Below are positions 35,546-50,631 of a DNA stretch of 64,000 nucleotides, piece after piece (position 1 is the first letter of the stretch; the number at the start of each line of letters is the position of its first letter). The DNA comes from Macrostomum lignano (Eukaryota). The DNA is taken from contig NIVC01000153.1 of the NCBI GenBank assembly GCA_002269645.1, positions 124,001 through 188,000 of the forward strand. Direction: 5' to 3'. The position numbers and the translations under genes are program-made. The notes under the pieces were generated by a model that searched no databases, was not told the DNA's origin, and saw nothing but the letters and a program-made list of their open reading frames with translations.

Positions 35546-36065
35546 TATGCCAACCCTAGCATTACCAACCTTTCCGCGTCTGAGTGACCCTGGACCCCTA
35601 TCAGAGTGGCGCCACAGCAATTTGCATTCTTCCAAAACAGTGTATCGTAATTATTCTTTTTTCTACGAATTCGATCATTTAGATAATTTTACACCGGGTC
35701 TTCGCAATTGCTTATCAGATATTTGAGTTGGGCGCGCATTTCGACATTCGATTTAAATTTTCAATGTTTTTAAAAAATCTAGATTAATATTAATTTCTAT
35801 TCTGTTTGTCCAATTCAGGTTCAATGTGCGATTTCATCCTGTCTCTGCACTCAGCTTGGCAACATACTCGTATATACAAAATGTTACTTATATTAGTATT
35901 ATGGATACTTCATATATGTGCTACGAATTTGTTTTATAGTACTCGTCTGTTTACCGTTGCATCTTGTGGCGTTTGGCACATTATATGCTGTAAATTCTGT
36001 AATTATGTTCTAATCTGATTAACTATAATTATACTTGCTAGCGATTTTTTTATTTGGGGTAGGTC

Positions 36066-36833
36066 CTTAAATCTGCCTCTCCGCTGCCTCAGAGTCCTTA
36101 AATCTGCCTCTCCGCTGCCTCAGAGTCCTTGAATCTGCCTCTCCGCTGCCCCAGAGTCCTTGAATCTGCCTCTCCGCTGCCCCAGTGTCCTTGAATCTGC
36201 CTCTCCGCTGCCTCAGAGACCTTGAATCTGCCTCTCCGCTGCCTCAGAGTCCTTGAATCTGCCTCTCCGCTGCCTCAGTGTCCTTAAATCTGCCTCTCCG
36301 CTGCCTCAGAGTCCTTGAATCTGCCTCTCCGCTGCCTCAGAGTCCTTGAATCTGCCTCTCCGCTGCCCCAGAGTCCTTGAATCTGCCTCTCCGCTGCCCC
36401 AGTGTCCTTGAATCTGCCTCTCCGCTGCCTCAGAGACCTTGAATCTGCCTCTCCGCTGCCTCAGAGTCCTTGAATCTGCCTCTCCGATGCCTCAGAGTCC
36501 TTGAATCTGCCTCTCCGCTGCCTCAGAGTCCTTGAATCTGCCTCTCCGCTGCCCCAGTGTCCTTGAATCTGCCTCTCCGCTGCCTCAGAGTCCTTGAATC
36601 TGCCTCTCCGCTGCCCCAGTGTCCTTGAATCTGCCTCTCCGCTGCCTCAGAGACCTTGAATCTGCCTCTCCGCTGCCTCAGAGACCTTGAATCTGCCTCT
36701 CCGCTGCCTCAGAGTCCTTGAATCTGCCTCTCCGCTGCCTCAGAGTCCTTGAATCTGCCTCTCCGATGCCTCAGGCATTGAATCTGCCTCTCCGCTGCCT
36801 CAGAGTCATTGAATCTGCCTCTCCGCTGCCTCA
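36066..36833. repeat. Minisatellite, 31 bp unit TCCTTGAATCTGCCTCTCCGCTGCCTCAGAG
   Basis: About 25 copies. Confidence 0.97.
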
Positions 36834-37477
36834 GTCTCCTGGTGAATTGTAGAAAAGTTGCCATGAATTAATCATGCATAGCAGCTGATCACACGTGTAC
36901 GCAGCTCAGTTCCACAGGTTTCTCTCATTTCTAATGCGCCTAAACTTACTGGCTTGCTGTTCACGAAAGCTAATTAAATTGTTGTCAATGGCCCTTGAGC
37001 GGCAGATCTGCATAGCTGGAGCTGCACTAAAAAAAGTTTTACTCCGCATTCCGATACGGGCAGAGTCTACAGTAGCAAGCCTCATACAGACTTCATCTAT
37101 GCGGGAAATTATATTCTGCCTTCCTGATAATTGATGCCTAATACGAGGCTCATGCCATGTTTTATCAAACTCAGTCTACGGCTTTACTACTATGCTCTAA
37201 TGGCTCTTCTGCCCCCACTGCACTGCACTGACCAATAATGTCATTATTAGACCCAGTGAGTCGTGCTTAAAATAAAATTTTTGCTGAAGCGAAACTTGGA
37301 ACTTTCTACGAGCAACGGAACATGCGGGCGCTCGGTTTACATGCATCCACATCCAGTTCCCCCAGATGACTAATCTCATTAAATACCTGCTTCATTATAT
37401 TATCCTTTTTGTTTGCCTCCATCTTGGACTATAATTATCACTTCCCTTTTCTACCCTGGAGCGTGGAGTCTGGCTCT

Positions 37478-37930
37478 TATTCTCAGGGTGAGATCTAGAG
37501 CAGCATGAAGTCTGACTCTTATTCTTAGGGTGAGATCTAGAGCAGCATGAAGTCTGACTCTATTCTAAGGGTGAGATCTAGAGCAGCATGAAGTCTGACT
37601 CTTATTCTTAGGGTGAGATCTAGAGCAGCATGAAGTCTGACTCTATTCTCCGGGTGAGATCTAGAGCAGCATGAAGTCTGACTCTATTCTCAGAGTGAGA
37701 TCTAGAGCAGCATAAAGTCTTACTCTATTCTCAGGGTGAGATCTAGAGCAGCATAAAGTTTGACTCTATTCTCAGGGTGAGATCTAGAGCAGCATAAAGT
37801 CTGACTCTATTCTCAGGGTGAGATCTAGAGCAGCATAAAGTCTGACTCTATTCTCAGGGTGAGATCTAGAGCAGCATAAAGTTTGACTCTATTCTCAGGG
37901 TGAGATCTAGAGCAGCATGAAATCTGACTT
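37478..37930. repeat. Minisatellite, 41-42 bp unit TCAGGGTGAGATCTAGAGCAGCATGAAGTCTGACTCTATTC
   Basis: About 11 copies. Confidence 0.96.
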
Positions 37931-38857
37931 TATTCATTGGCCTTCAAAATGTTAATTCAGTCCTGTTGGCGAAATTGCAGCTATATAGCCAAATAAAACG
38001 AAGGGGTTCTTAGGAAGGACACTGCAGAGCGGGTCTGGCTTTGTGAGCCCTGGCGGAAGCCTCGCCCCTCTGCCCCCCCTCCCCCAGTTATTCCTCCATG
38101 GAATTCTCCTATGCCGCCTTGTTTATTTAGGGGAAATTTATACCCAAAGACTTCGGGTTTTATAATCCCTTCTCTCTATGTCTCTGACTACCCAGGCTTT
38201 ATAATAATCCTAATCCACCCGGCCCTAATCGCTCGTTAAGACTTTGATCAGCTGAGTTAGCTAAGCTGATGGCAAAGCCTCTGACAAGCAGATTAAGGCT
38301 CTCTGGATTCGGGACAGCTAAACTTCATTATAGAGCATATGCGCCACGTAAGCTTGTGTATACAGATCTAATATTAGAAAGCCTACAGATGACGATATGT
38401 TGTGTAAATGACTTTAATCGTAGTTATTTTTCAACTTGTTGAAACTAAAGAGATTAAAGTACGCATTGAGTTACTGGTCGGCTAGTAATATCGGCCTTCG
38501 AAACTTTGATAAAAAATAAATAAGATATAGTCTCCACTCTCTAGTTACTGTAAGACTGAGCAGGTTATAAAATCGGTTTGGAAATTCTAATTTAAAATAT
38601 TCACAAATTAGATTTAGGAAACTGAGGGTGCTTCTGTAGTTTCGATTCAACTTCTAATTTTAGAATAATTAATTGCCCAAATAATTTTGTTTTCTACTTC
38701 AGAATACGCTTCCTTCAATTCGAAATTTGAATTTTAAGCTTCCCTAATGGGATTAATGCAATTCGTCTGTACATGTATATAATTTTTCCCCGGGTAGGCT
38801 CAGTTCTCTAATAAGTCTCCACTCTTGAGCAGCTTCTCCAATATTGACTTTTCTGAG

Positions 38858-38911
38858 TCTGTCTGTCTGTCTGTCTGTCTGCCTGTCTGTCTGTCTGTCT
38901 GTCTGTCTGCC

Positions 38912-38952
<41 letters not shown>

Positions 38953-39017
38953 TTCTGTCTGTCTGTCTGCCTGTCTTTCTGTCTGTCTGTCTGTCTGTCT
39001 GCCTGTCTGTCTGTTTG

Positions 39018-39052
<35 letters not shown>

Positions 39053-39121
39053 GCCTGTATGTCTGCCTGTCTGTCTGTCTGCCTGTATGTCTGTCTGTCT
39101 GTCTGCCTGTCTGTCTGTCTG
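38858..39121. repeat. (CTGT)n microsatellite
   Basis: Imperfect tetranucleotide run. Confidence 0.97.
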
Positions 39122-39621
39122 CCCGTCCTCATGCAATGCTTCATCTGCTCAGTACATGAATTTAGCTCCCTGTGTGTCTGCTGACGCAAGGATGAGTTTA
39201 AATAAGCCTCAGATTTTCAATCGCGCGGCCCACTCACCTGCCATCTCAGCGGACTCAATTCAATGTGGCCCGGGAGACGAGACCCCCCGCGGTGCGGTCT
39301 CGCTGCGGGCGAGGCGGACTGCTTAATTCCGCTAAAAGCAGCCGCCATTTTCAGAGGCAACTGCGGGGGCTGCAAGACAGCCCAGATTGAATTAATTTTT
39401 TTGTCATTTCGTGCGCATGAACAAAGGCTGCGGCCTCGTGAGGGCGGCAGCCAAATATGAGAATTTCCTGTGAAAATTGGCCCGCACCTTGTCTTGAACA
39501 GCCAATCCGCTGAGCTGTTTGAGTCGCTGAGGCTGTTCACTTTCTGCAGCTTTTTCTAAGGACTCAAATAGCAGGATTTTTGTTATAAAATCTTGCAATA
39601 GCTTGACTTAAATAGCATGAA

Positions 39622-40907
<1,286 letters not shown>

Positions 40908-41300
40908 GAAAGAGCCTGTTTATGAGTAACAGAGAACTGGAACTAAGGGAGGTAGTTTTAATTTGGAATTTTCAAGCCTCTTGCACCCAGGTTGTTTGCG
41001 GCTAATTGGACGCAAGGCCGGTTCTAAATGAAGTAAAAAGAAGTTCATTTCCTTGTTTGTAATTCTTTCTGACATTTCAGTCGTCTAGAAAATGTCAAAG
41101 AGGAAAATATTTGACCGGAAATTGATTTCACTACTCAGGCCTTGTTGGCTTTGATTCTAAAGGTTTCCTGTCTTCTTTGATTCGATTTCTTCTTGCGATG
41201 GCAAAAGCTTTGGCAATCCTTACAGGGCTGTGTCTGAGAAGGCTCGGATTAAATATAACCATTGTTAAATTTGACATTCGATATGTTCCAACTTTTCAAC

Positions 41301-41895
41301 CCCACAGTGAATTCCCATTCCCCCGACTGCTCACCCATCCCACAGTGAATTCCCATTCCCCCAACTGCTCACCCATCCCACAGTGAATTCCCATTCCCCC
41401 GACTGCTCGCCCATCCCACAGTGAATTCCCATTCCCCCGACTGCTCACCCATCCCACAGTGAATTCCCATTCCCCCGACTGCTCACCCATCCCACAGTGA
41501 ATTCCCATTCCCCCAACTGCTCACCCATCCCACAGTGAATTCCCATTCCCCCGACTGCTCACCCATCCCACAGTGAATTCCCATTCCCCCAACTGCTCAC
41601 CCATCCCACAGTGAATTCCCATTCCCCCAACTGCTCACCCATCCCACAGTGAATTCCCATTCCCCCAACTGCTCACCCATTCCACAGTAAATTCCCATTC
41701 CCCCAACTGCTCACCCATCCCACAGTGAATTCCCATTCCCCCAACTGCTCACCCATCTCACAGTGAATTCCCATTCCCCCAACTGCTCACCCATCCCACA
41801 GTGAATTCCCATTCCCCCAACTGCTCACCCATCCCACAGTGAATTCCCATTCCCCCAACTGCTCACCCATCCCACAGTGAATTCCCATTTCCCCA
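41301..41895. repeat. Minisatellite, 38 bp unit CACAGTGAATTCCCATTCCCCCAACTGCTCACCCATCC
   Basis: About 15 copies upstream of the GPCR. Confidence 0.97.
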
Positions 41896-42153
41896 CCGCT
41901 CAAACCCGCAACAGCAGCAGGCAATGAGACACAAGAGCAACAGACAAGTCAAGCAGAAGGCTGCACAAGCCGGGAGACCACAGATTGGTCAGGACAGGCG
42001 GCCAATCCCGCACTCGCCAGTCCCCATCCATCCTGACTCCGCGCCATGCCCGTATGAATATCGTCGGCACAGACCAGTTTCCGCGCTCCGCCGCCCCGTC
42101 TCCTCCCGCCCGCCGACCCCCAAGCCGAGGCCTTCGAACCGGCAGCCGTCGAC

Positions 42154-42592
42154 ATGGACAACTATAAACTACTGGTCTGCAGCGTGTTCAAGTGCAACGC
42201 CTCGGCCGGAAACGCTTCCATCCCGGAAATTCTGGCTCCGGTCAATGCCACCAAGCCGCGCTCGGGCTGCAATCTGTTCTACACGGCCGTCACCCCGCTG
42301 ATCGTGCTGATCGGGTGCATCGGCAACTGCCTGTGCATCCGCGTGTTCACCAGGCGGCACTTTGCTAATCAAACGGCCAGCGTGTACTTTGCTTTCTTGT
42401 CCGGCGCCGACCTGCTAGTCCTGGTGTTCTACGTGGTGCCCGACTGGCTGCAGAATCAGGACTTTCTGCCCGACGCCTTCAAGAGCTGGCTGCAGATGCA
42501 GATAGTCTGCCAGCTGTCCCTGTTCTTCTTCTATTCCTTTCGCATGGTGTCCGTGTGGATGCTGGTCACCTCCACTGTGGAGAGATATATTG
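42154..42592 (+). CDS. Class A GPCR (FMRFamide-receptor/Srw-like peptide receptor type), exon 1, TM1-TM3
   Basis: N-glycosylation sequons (NAS, NAT); IGCIGNCLCIRVF (TM1), FLSGADLLVL (TM2), C...TVERYI (TM3). G|GTGAGC donor, phase 1. Confidence 0.92.
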
Positions 42593-42737
42593 GTGAGCTG
42601 CCTAGGGCTGTTGGACTCCAGAGAAAATAAAATCACTTCTAAAATATTCGTAATAAAAAAAAATTCTAGAGAATTTATTCTTGAATTTCATACTGGAAAT
42701 TTTTTTGTCATTGTTATTTGGCCCGAAAATTTCAGAA

Positions 42738-43195
42738 CAGATAGATCCCACACCGAACAGATAGATCCCACACCGAACAGATAGATCCCACACCGAACAG
42801 ATAGATCCCACACCGAACAGATAGATCCCACACCGAACAGATAGATCCCACACCGAACAGATAGATCCCACACCGAACAGATAGATCCCACACCGAACAG
42901 ATAGATCCCACACCGAACAGATAGATCCCACACCGAACAGATAGATCCCACACCGGACAGATAGATCCCACACCGGACAGATAGATCCCACACCGGACAA
43001 ACAGATCCCACACCGGACAGATAGATCCCACACCGGACAGATCCCACACTGGACAGATCCCACACCGGACAGATCCCACATCGGACAGATCCCACACCGG
43101 ACAGATCCCACACCGGACAGATCCCACACCGGACAGATCCCACACCGGACATATCCCACACCGGACAGATCCCACAGATCCCACACCGGACAGAT
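42738..43195. repeat. Intronic minisatellite, 20 bp then 16 bp unit (GATA)GATCCCACACCG(A/G)ACA
   Basis: Tandem copies in the GPCR intron. Confidence 0.96.
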
Positions 43196-43887
43196 CAGAT
43201 AGGGGGGATTTAACGACGCATTAGTCCGGAAATCGTTTCTTTTTGATTGAGACTGACTATAGTAGCAGTGTGCTAGTACTACGCTCATAGGGCTTGTATA
43301 TACTCACTGTATATACTTTTAAAAAGTTTTATTTAGTTTTTTTCAGCTGGTTTAGAAGGCCGATATGTATCGTAGTAAACTTTACATATAGACATAATTG
43401 CGCGAAGAGTTCCATACTTTTTTGACAGCTGAGGAGCGCACTACTTTCAATGATGGGTCTGGCATTTTGCGTACTTCCCGAACCTCTGTATATTAGAAGT
43501 GATTTATGATTTTACTAGCAGCTACCACCAGTAAAGATGCAGACTTCAATTCAATGACCAGCCGTCAGTGTTGATTGCCTCTCGATTTTTTCTCCCTCTC
43601 CAAAAACTAGAAATGAGAAATGATTGATGGAGGTCGAGAAAGAGGGGGAAGAGGAGGGGCCGTGGAAAAGTTCAAAACAGCGGTTCGAGCAGAGTGAACG
43701 GGCAGATGGCGAGGTCTGTTTGTGCATACAGAATTATGCTGTTGGAAGTTTTTTTGGATTTATCAGCGAATCGCTTCTGTGATGCAGGATGTCAGACTGT
43801 GAGCCAATTTGCTGAATCTGCTTTTGTAGTTTGCAGATCTCTACGGCTTGATATGCCTTCATCTACAATCTATTAGTCTGAATAGTA

Positions 43888-45558
43888 GCTCCGCCTTCTG
43901 GATAATCCCTCTATTCATCTGGATAATCCTTCTATTCATCTGGATAATCCCTCTATTCATCTGGATAATCCCTCTATTCATCTGGATAATCCCTCTATTC
44001 ATCTGGATAATCCCTCTATTCATCTGGATAATCCTTCTATTCATCTGGATAATCCCTCTATTCATCTGGATAATCCCTCTATTCATCTGGATAATCCCTC
44101 TATTCATCTGGATAATTCCTCTATTCATCTGGATAATCCCTCTATTCATCTGGATAATCCCTCTATTCATTAGGATAATCCCTCTATCCATCTTGATAAT
44201 CCCTCTTTCCTTCTGCATAATCCTTCCATTCATCTGGATAATCCCTCTATTCATCTGGATAATTCCTCTATTCATCTGGATAATCCCTCTATCCTTCTGG
44301 ATAATCCTTCTATTCATCTGGATAATCCCTCTATTCATCTGGATAATCCTTCTATTCATCTGGATAATCCCTCTATTCATCTGGATAATCCCTCTATTCA
44401 TCTGGATAATCCCTCTATTCATCTGGATAATCCCTCTATTCATCTGGATAATCCTTCTATTCATCTGGATAATCCCTCTATTCATCTGGATAATCCCTCT
44501 ATTCATCTGGATAATCCCTCTATTCATCTGGATAATTCCTCTATTCATCTGGATAATCCCTCTATTCATCTGGATAATCCCTCTATTCATTAGGATAATC
44601 CCTCTATCCATCTTGATAATCCCTCTTTCCTTCTGCATAATCCTTCCATTCATCTGGATAATCCCTCTATTCATCTGGATAATTCCTCTATTCATCTGGA
44701 TAATCCCTCTATCCTTCTGGATAATCCTTCTATTCATCTGGATAATCCCTCTATTCATCTGGATAATCCCTCTATTCATCTGGATAGTTCCTCTATTCAT
44801 CTGGATAATCCCTCTATTCATCTGGATAATTCCTCTATTCATCTGGATAATCCCTCTATTCATTAGGATAATCCCTCTATCCATCTTGATAATCCCTCTT
44901 TCCTTCTGCATAATCCTTCCATTCATCTGGATAATCCCTCTATTCATCTGGATAATTCCTCTATTCATCTGGATAATCCCTCTATCCTTCTGGATAATCC
45001 TTCTATTCATCTGGATAATCCCTCTATTCATCTGGATAGTTCCTCTATTCATCTGGATAATCCCTCTATTCATCTGGATAATTCCTCTATTCATCTGGAT
45101 AATCCCTCTATTCATCTGGATAATTCCTCTATTCATCTGGATAATCCCTCTATCCTTCTGGATAATTCCTCTATTCATCTGGATAATCCCTCTATTCATT
45201 TGGATAATCCCTCTATCCATCTTGATAATCCCTCTTTCCTTCTGCATAATCCTTCCATTCATCTGGATAATCCCTCTATTCATCTGGATAATCCCTCTAT
45301 TCATTTGGATAATCCCTCTATCCATCTTGATAATCCCTCTTTCCTTCTGCATAACCCTTCCATTTATCTGGATAATCCCTCTATTCATTTGGATAATCCC
45401 TCCATTCATTAGGATAATCCCTTTTTCTTTCTGGATAATCCCTCTATTCATTTGGATAATCCCTCCATTCATTAGGATAATCCTTCTATCCATCTGGATA
45501 ATCCCTCCATTCATTAGGATAATCCCTATATTCTTCTGGATAATCCTTCTATTCATCT
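43888..45558. repeat. Intronic minisatellite, 21 bp unit GGATAATCCCTCTATTCATCT
   Basis: About 80 copies with a 420-bp higher-order duplication. Confidence 0.97.
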
Positions 45559-45892
45559 AGAAATCTTCTATCCATCTGGAAAACCAATCTGGAAAATTAT
45601 GTTAATCTAAGATTGAAACTTTAAAAAATCAATCTTCTACATAGCCCAACTCTAATGCTTCCCAGTGACGCAAATTATCCAAATGAAAAACCAAGGCAGA
45701 CCAGTAGCCGCAAAATGCAGAAGCCAAATGGCGCTCTTAAGTTCAAAACAGGTGAGCAGGTTAAGCTTTGCGCAAACACTGGAGCACCGCTGAGCTGCTG
45801 TGAGCCGAGCGCAGAGCGGCTTTGCAGTACGTGACCAATTATCGATTTGGCTGTTTGCCCGGTAGCAGAATTGATTTTGCCGACTTCTCGGC

Positions 45893-45896
<4 letters not shown>

Positions 45897-45982
<86 letters not shown>
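45897..45982. repeat. (AG)n microsatellite
   Basis: Perfect dinucleotide run. Confidence 0.98.
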
Positions 45983-45984
<2 letters not shown>

Positions 45985-46107
45985 GAAGCCCAGTGGTGAG
46001 ACCAGGAATAATAAAAATCTAAGGAGCTGGACGGAGTTACTCGTAGGTTAATCTCCTTATGCGCAATAAATGACTGATGAGGAGTGCCTGGTATGCCAGT
46101 CAGACTC

Positions 46108-46606
46108 AGACAGACAGACAGACACTAAGACACTAAGACAGACAGACAGACAGACACTAAGACACTAAGACAGACAGACAGACAGACACTAAGACACTAA
46201 GACACTAAGACAGACAGACAGACAGACAGACAGAAACTAAGGGCCTTTTCATATTACCAATTCCAGAACTAGAATCGGTTCGGAATTCTAAGAAAAACAG
46301 CAGTATAACTATTAAACTCTGTTAATATTTGACTGCCTTAACAACCTCACTTAGCACAATTTTTCACTTTCTTCTTGGCGATTGTCATTCAATGATAAAA
46401 ACTTTATAGCACGTATCTCCCTCTAGTTAAGGAGACAAAAAGTTATACTTCACAAATTGGTTCTGGTTCTGGAACCAGAACAAGCAATATGAAAAGGCCC
46501 ACAGACACTAAGACAGACAGACACTAAGACAGACAGACACTAAGACACTAAGACACTAAGACAGACAGACAGACAGACACTAAGACACTAAGACAGACAG
46601 ACACTA

Positions 46607-46643
<37 letters not shown>

Positions 46644-46662
46644 CTAAGACACTAAGACACTA

Positions 46663-46695
<33 letters not shown>

Positions 46696-46942
46696 CTAAG
46701 ACAGACAGACAGACAGACACTAAGACACTAAGACACTAAGACACTAAGACAGACAGACACTAAGACACTAAGACACTAAGACAGACAGACAGACAGACAG
46801 ACAGACACTAAGACACTAAGACACTAAGACAGACAGACAGACAGACAGACACTAAGACAGACAGACAGACAGACACTAAGACACTAAGACACTAAGACAG
46901 ACAGACAGACAGACAGACAGACACTAAGACAGACAGACACTA

Positions 46943-46975
<33 letters not shown>

Positions 46976-47072
46976 CTAAGACAGACAGACAGACAGACAC
47001 TAAGACACTAAGACAGACAGACAGACACTAAGACAGACAGACAGACAGACACTAAGACAGACAGACGGACAG
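46108..47072. repeat. Compound (GACA)n/(GACACTAA)n microsatellite interrupted by a MITE
   Basis: Seen directly; interrupted at 46241-46500. Confidence 0.95.
46241..46500. mobile_element. 260-bp MITE-like element
   Basis: Perfect 15-bp TIR GGGCCTTTTCATATT / AATATGAAAAGGCCC plus subterminal TTCCAGAAC(T/C)AGAA similarity. No clear TSD. Confidence 0.8.
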
Positions 47073-47624
47073 ACTGCTGCAGTTATTCCCCAGCCTGCCC
47101 ACTCGCAGCACTCAGCCATAATTGAAGGTGACATTGCGGATCCTGCCTAATGGGGGCTGCATAATCCAATCTGGGCATTCTCGGTCCCAACCCGCCCCTC
47201 CTTGAGCCTTCAGTAGGCGAGCTTTCGGACACAGCAAATGAGCAGAGTCAGGCGGGCTGTTAGGCTGAAGAGCTGTCTCTCATTGAACTCTGAGGCGGTG
47301 CAGGGTAGAGAAAGTGCCCAAGCTCGATGACTGACGACCAGAGAAGAAGATCGATGAAGTGCTTCAGTTCTTCTCCACAATTCCCTGGAGACTGCAGCTG
47401 AGGAAACTGCTATCTGTTGTTGTCTTTTTGGTAACAAGTGTTGCAAAAGCGGCAAAGTACATTTGAGGGGGCGGCCATTTTGGGGGAGCTTTAAAAATTT
47501 AGAGAAAAACACTAACGGCTTGACAGATAGCGGATGCCCGAGTGTCCAGCAGCCATCAGCAGGTCTGAGAGACAGCACTACCAGTTAGGATGGACACTAA
47601 AACTGATACTATCATACATTAGGA

Positions 47625-47810
47625 CAAACGCTAGGACAGACAGACACGAAGACATACATTGGGACAGGCACTGAGACAGGCACTAGGACAGACACACTAA
47701 GAAGGACACTAGGACAGATACTAAAACAGACACTAGAACAGGCACTAAGACAGACACTGGGACAGACACTAGGACAGGCACTTGGACAGACACTGGGACA
47801 GACACTAGGA
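47625..47810. repeat. Degenerate ~12 bp repeat AGGACAGACACT
   Basis: Imperfect tandem copies. Confidence 0.75.
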
Positions 47811-48142
47811 CAAGGGGGCAGACAATTGACAGGATCACTTTGCCCAAGAAAAATGCATTTTACATTCCCGCTGCTTTTTCGAGATGCCACCAATTTTCGT
47901 CTGCCAGGAAGGAAATTTTTTTAAATCCTCGAAAATTCTTCACTGAATAGCCGTCTACGAACTGGTAGAAATTTGAAAGTTGCACTTTAAGCGCAGAGAA
48001 ATTTTCTTCTTGTCCATCATCGTTGCCGCAGCTTGGCCAAAAATTTTCTAAACGAAAATATCTTTCAACAAATTTGCTAGCGTTCCCCTGGGATTCGGGC
48101 CGCACCAGCACTGATGGCTTCAGCTTCTCCATGCTTCTCCAC

Positions 48143-49850
48143 ATCCCCCTGTCTACAGCAGATCCGCCCCCTGTCTACAGCAGATCCACCCCCTGTCTAC
48201 AGTAGATCCGCCCCCTGTCTACAGCAAATCCGCCCCCATCTACACAGCAAATCCGCCCCTGTCTACAGCAGATCCGCCCCCTGTCTACAGCAGATCCGCC
48301 CCTGTCTACAGCAAATCCGCCCCCATCTACACAGCAAATCCGCCCCCTGTCTACAGCAGATCCGCCCCCTGTCTACAGCAGATGCCGCCCCATCTTTACA
48401 GCAGATCCACCCCATCTCTACTGCAAATCCGCCCCATATCTACAGCAGATCCGCCCCCTGTCTACAGCAAATCCGCCCCCATCTACACAGCAAATCCGCC
48501 CCCTGTCTACAGCAGATCCGCCCCCTGTCTACAGCAGATGCCGCCCCCTGTCTACAGCAGATCCGCGCCCTGTCTACATCAAATCCGCCCCCTGTCTACA
48601 GCAGATCCACCCCCTGTCTACAGCAGATCCGCCCCCTGTCTACAGCAGATGCCGCCCCCTGTCTACAGCAGATCCGCCCCCTGTCTACATCAAATCCGCC
48701 CCCATCTACACAGCAGATCCGCCCCCTGTCTACAACAGATCCGCCCCCTGTCTACAGCTGATCCGCCCCCTGTCTACAGCAGATCCGCCCCCTGTCTACA
48801 GCAGATGCCGCCCCCTGTCTACAGCAGATCCGCCCCCTGTCTACATCAAATCCGCCCCCATCTACACAGCAAATCCGCCCCCTGTCTACAGCAAATCCGC
48901 CCCCTGTCTACAGCAGATCCGCCCCCTGTCTACAGCAGATGCCGCCCCCTGTCTACAGCAGATCCGCCCCCTGTCTACAGCAGATCCGCCCCCTGTCTAC
49001 AGCAGATCCGCCCCCTGTCTACAGCAGATCCGCCCCCTGTCTACAGCAGATGCCGCCCCCTGTCTACAGCAGATCCGCCTCCTGTCTACATCAAATCCGC
49101 CCCATCTACACAGCAGATCCGCCCCCTGTCTACAACAGATCCGCCCCCTGTCTACAGCTGATCCGCCCCCTGTCTACAGCAGATCCGCCCCCTGTCTACA
49201 GCAGATCCGCCCCCTGTCTACAGCAGATGCCGCCCCATCTTTACAGCAGATCCGCCCATCTCTACTGCAAATCCGCCCCATATCTACAACAGATCCGCCC
49301 CCTGTCTACAGCTGATCCGCCCCCTGTCTACAGCAGATCCACCCCCTGTCTACAGCAGATCCGCCCCCTGTCTACAGCAGATGCCGCCCCATCTTTACAG
49401 CAGATCCGCCCATCTCTACTGCAAATCCGCCCCATATCTACAGTAGATCCGCCCCCTGTCTACAGCAGATCCGCCCCCTGTCTACAGCAGATCCGCCCCC
49501 TGTCTACAGCAGATCCGCCCCCTGTCTACAGCAGATCCGCCCCCTGTCTACAGCAAATCCGCCCCCTGTCTACAGCAGATCCGCCCCCTGTCTACAGCAG
49601 ATCCGCCCCCTGTCTACAGCAGATCCGCCCCCTGTCTACAGCAGATCCGCCCCCTGTCTACAGCAGATCCGCCCCCTGTCTACAGCAGATCCGCCCCCTG
49701 TCTACAGCAGATTCGCCCCCTGTCTACAGCAGATCCGCCCCCTGTCTACAGCAGATCCGCCCCCTGTCTACAGCAGATCCGCCCCCTGTCTACAGCAGAT
49801 CCGCCCCTGTCTACAGCAGATCCGCCCCCTGTCTACAGCTGATCCGCCCC
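48143..49850. repeat. Intronic minisatellite, 22 bp unit GATCCGCCCCCTGTCTACAGCA abutting the 3' splice site
   Basis: About 75 copies ending ~9 nt before the GPCR acceptor. Confidence 0.97.
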
Positions 49851-49859
49851 AACCCGCAG

Positions 49860-50631
49860 GAGTCCGCCACCCGATGCTGCGCCGCCGGTTCTGCACCATG
49901 CGCAGCGCCCGCCGCATCATATTCCTGATCGTGACTGTCTGCTACATCCTCTGCCTGTGGAAGCCGTTCATGCATGTCACTCAGCGATCCGGCGACGGTT
50001 TCCGCTGCGGCCAGCGGCCCAGCGTCAGCACCCGTCTGCTATTCGTCCTGGACACGTCCTACGCCGCCATGCTGACCATCGTGCCGTCGGTCCTGCTGTT
50101 CATCTTCAACTCGCTGATCTCCCGCCACCTGCTCATTGTCCGCCGGTCGCGTTCTTGCATGAATCACGACGTTGTTGGTCACCAGTTCGCTTTCCTGCTA
50201 GTGCTGGTGTCCACCACCTTCCTGGTTCTCACCTGGCCCTATTACCTGTGCTGGGTGACCAATTTCATAATTAAATTCAACATCAAGTCGGACCTGTCGA
50301 CTTCGTTGAGCTTCGAGAATGCAATGGTCGGCCTGAACCAGTGGCGCCTGGGCAATGCTATCTACATCACCAAGACTCTCTACTACATGACCTATAGCGT
50401 CAACTTCTTCCTGTACTCCTACGCTAGTAATTACTTTCGCAGCGAGATGAAGCGAATGTTCACCGTTCGCCGGCGCAGGGAGAAATCGAACAGGTTCTAC
50501 CAGGCTTCGACTCAGGCTTATCAGCTCAGCCTGCCGGCTTCTGACAGCAACGGGCGACGGAGCACGTATTCGGGCCTGCTGGACCGCTACAGGAAGATCA
50601 CTATCAAAAGGATGCCAACAATGCGTAAGCC

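Noticed and set aside
43848-45560. 570-aa and 565-aa ORFs on opposite strands, (WIIPLFI)n and (QMNRGII)n
   Set aside because: These are translations of a 21-bp intronic satellite whose unit is a multiple of 3 and lacks stops in those frames. There is no non-repetitive domain.
47210-48144. ORFs of 94-122 aa in the GPCR intron, possibly transposase remnants
   Set aside because: No catalytic motif or TIR could be identified.
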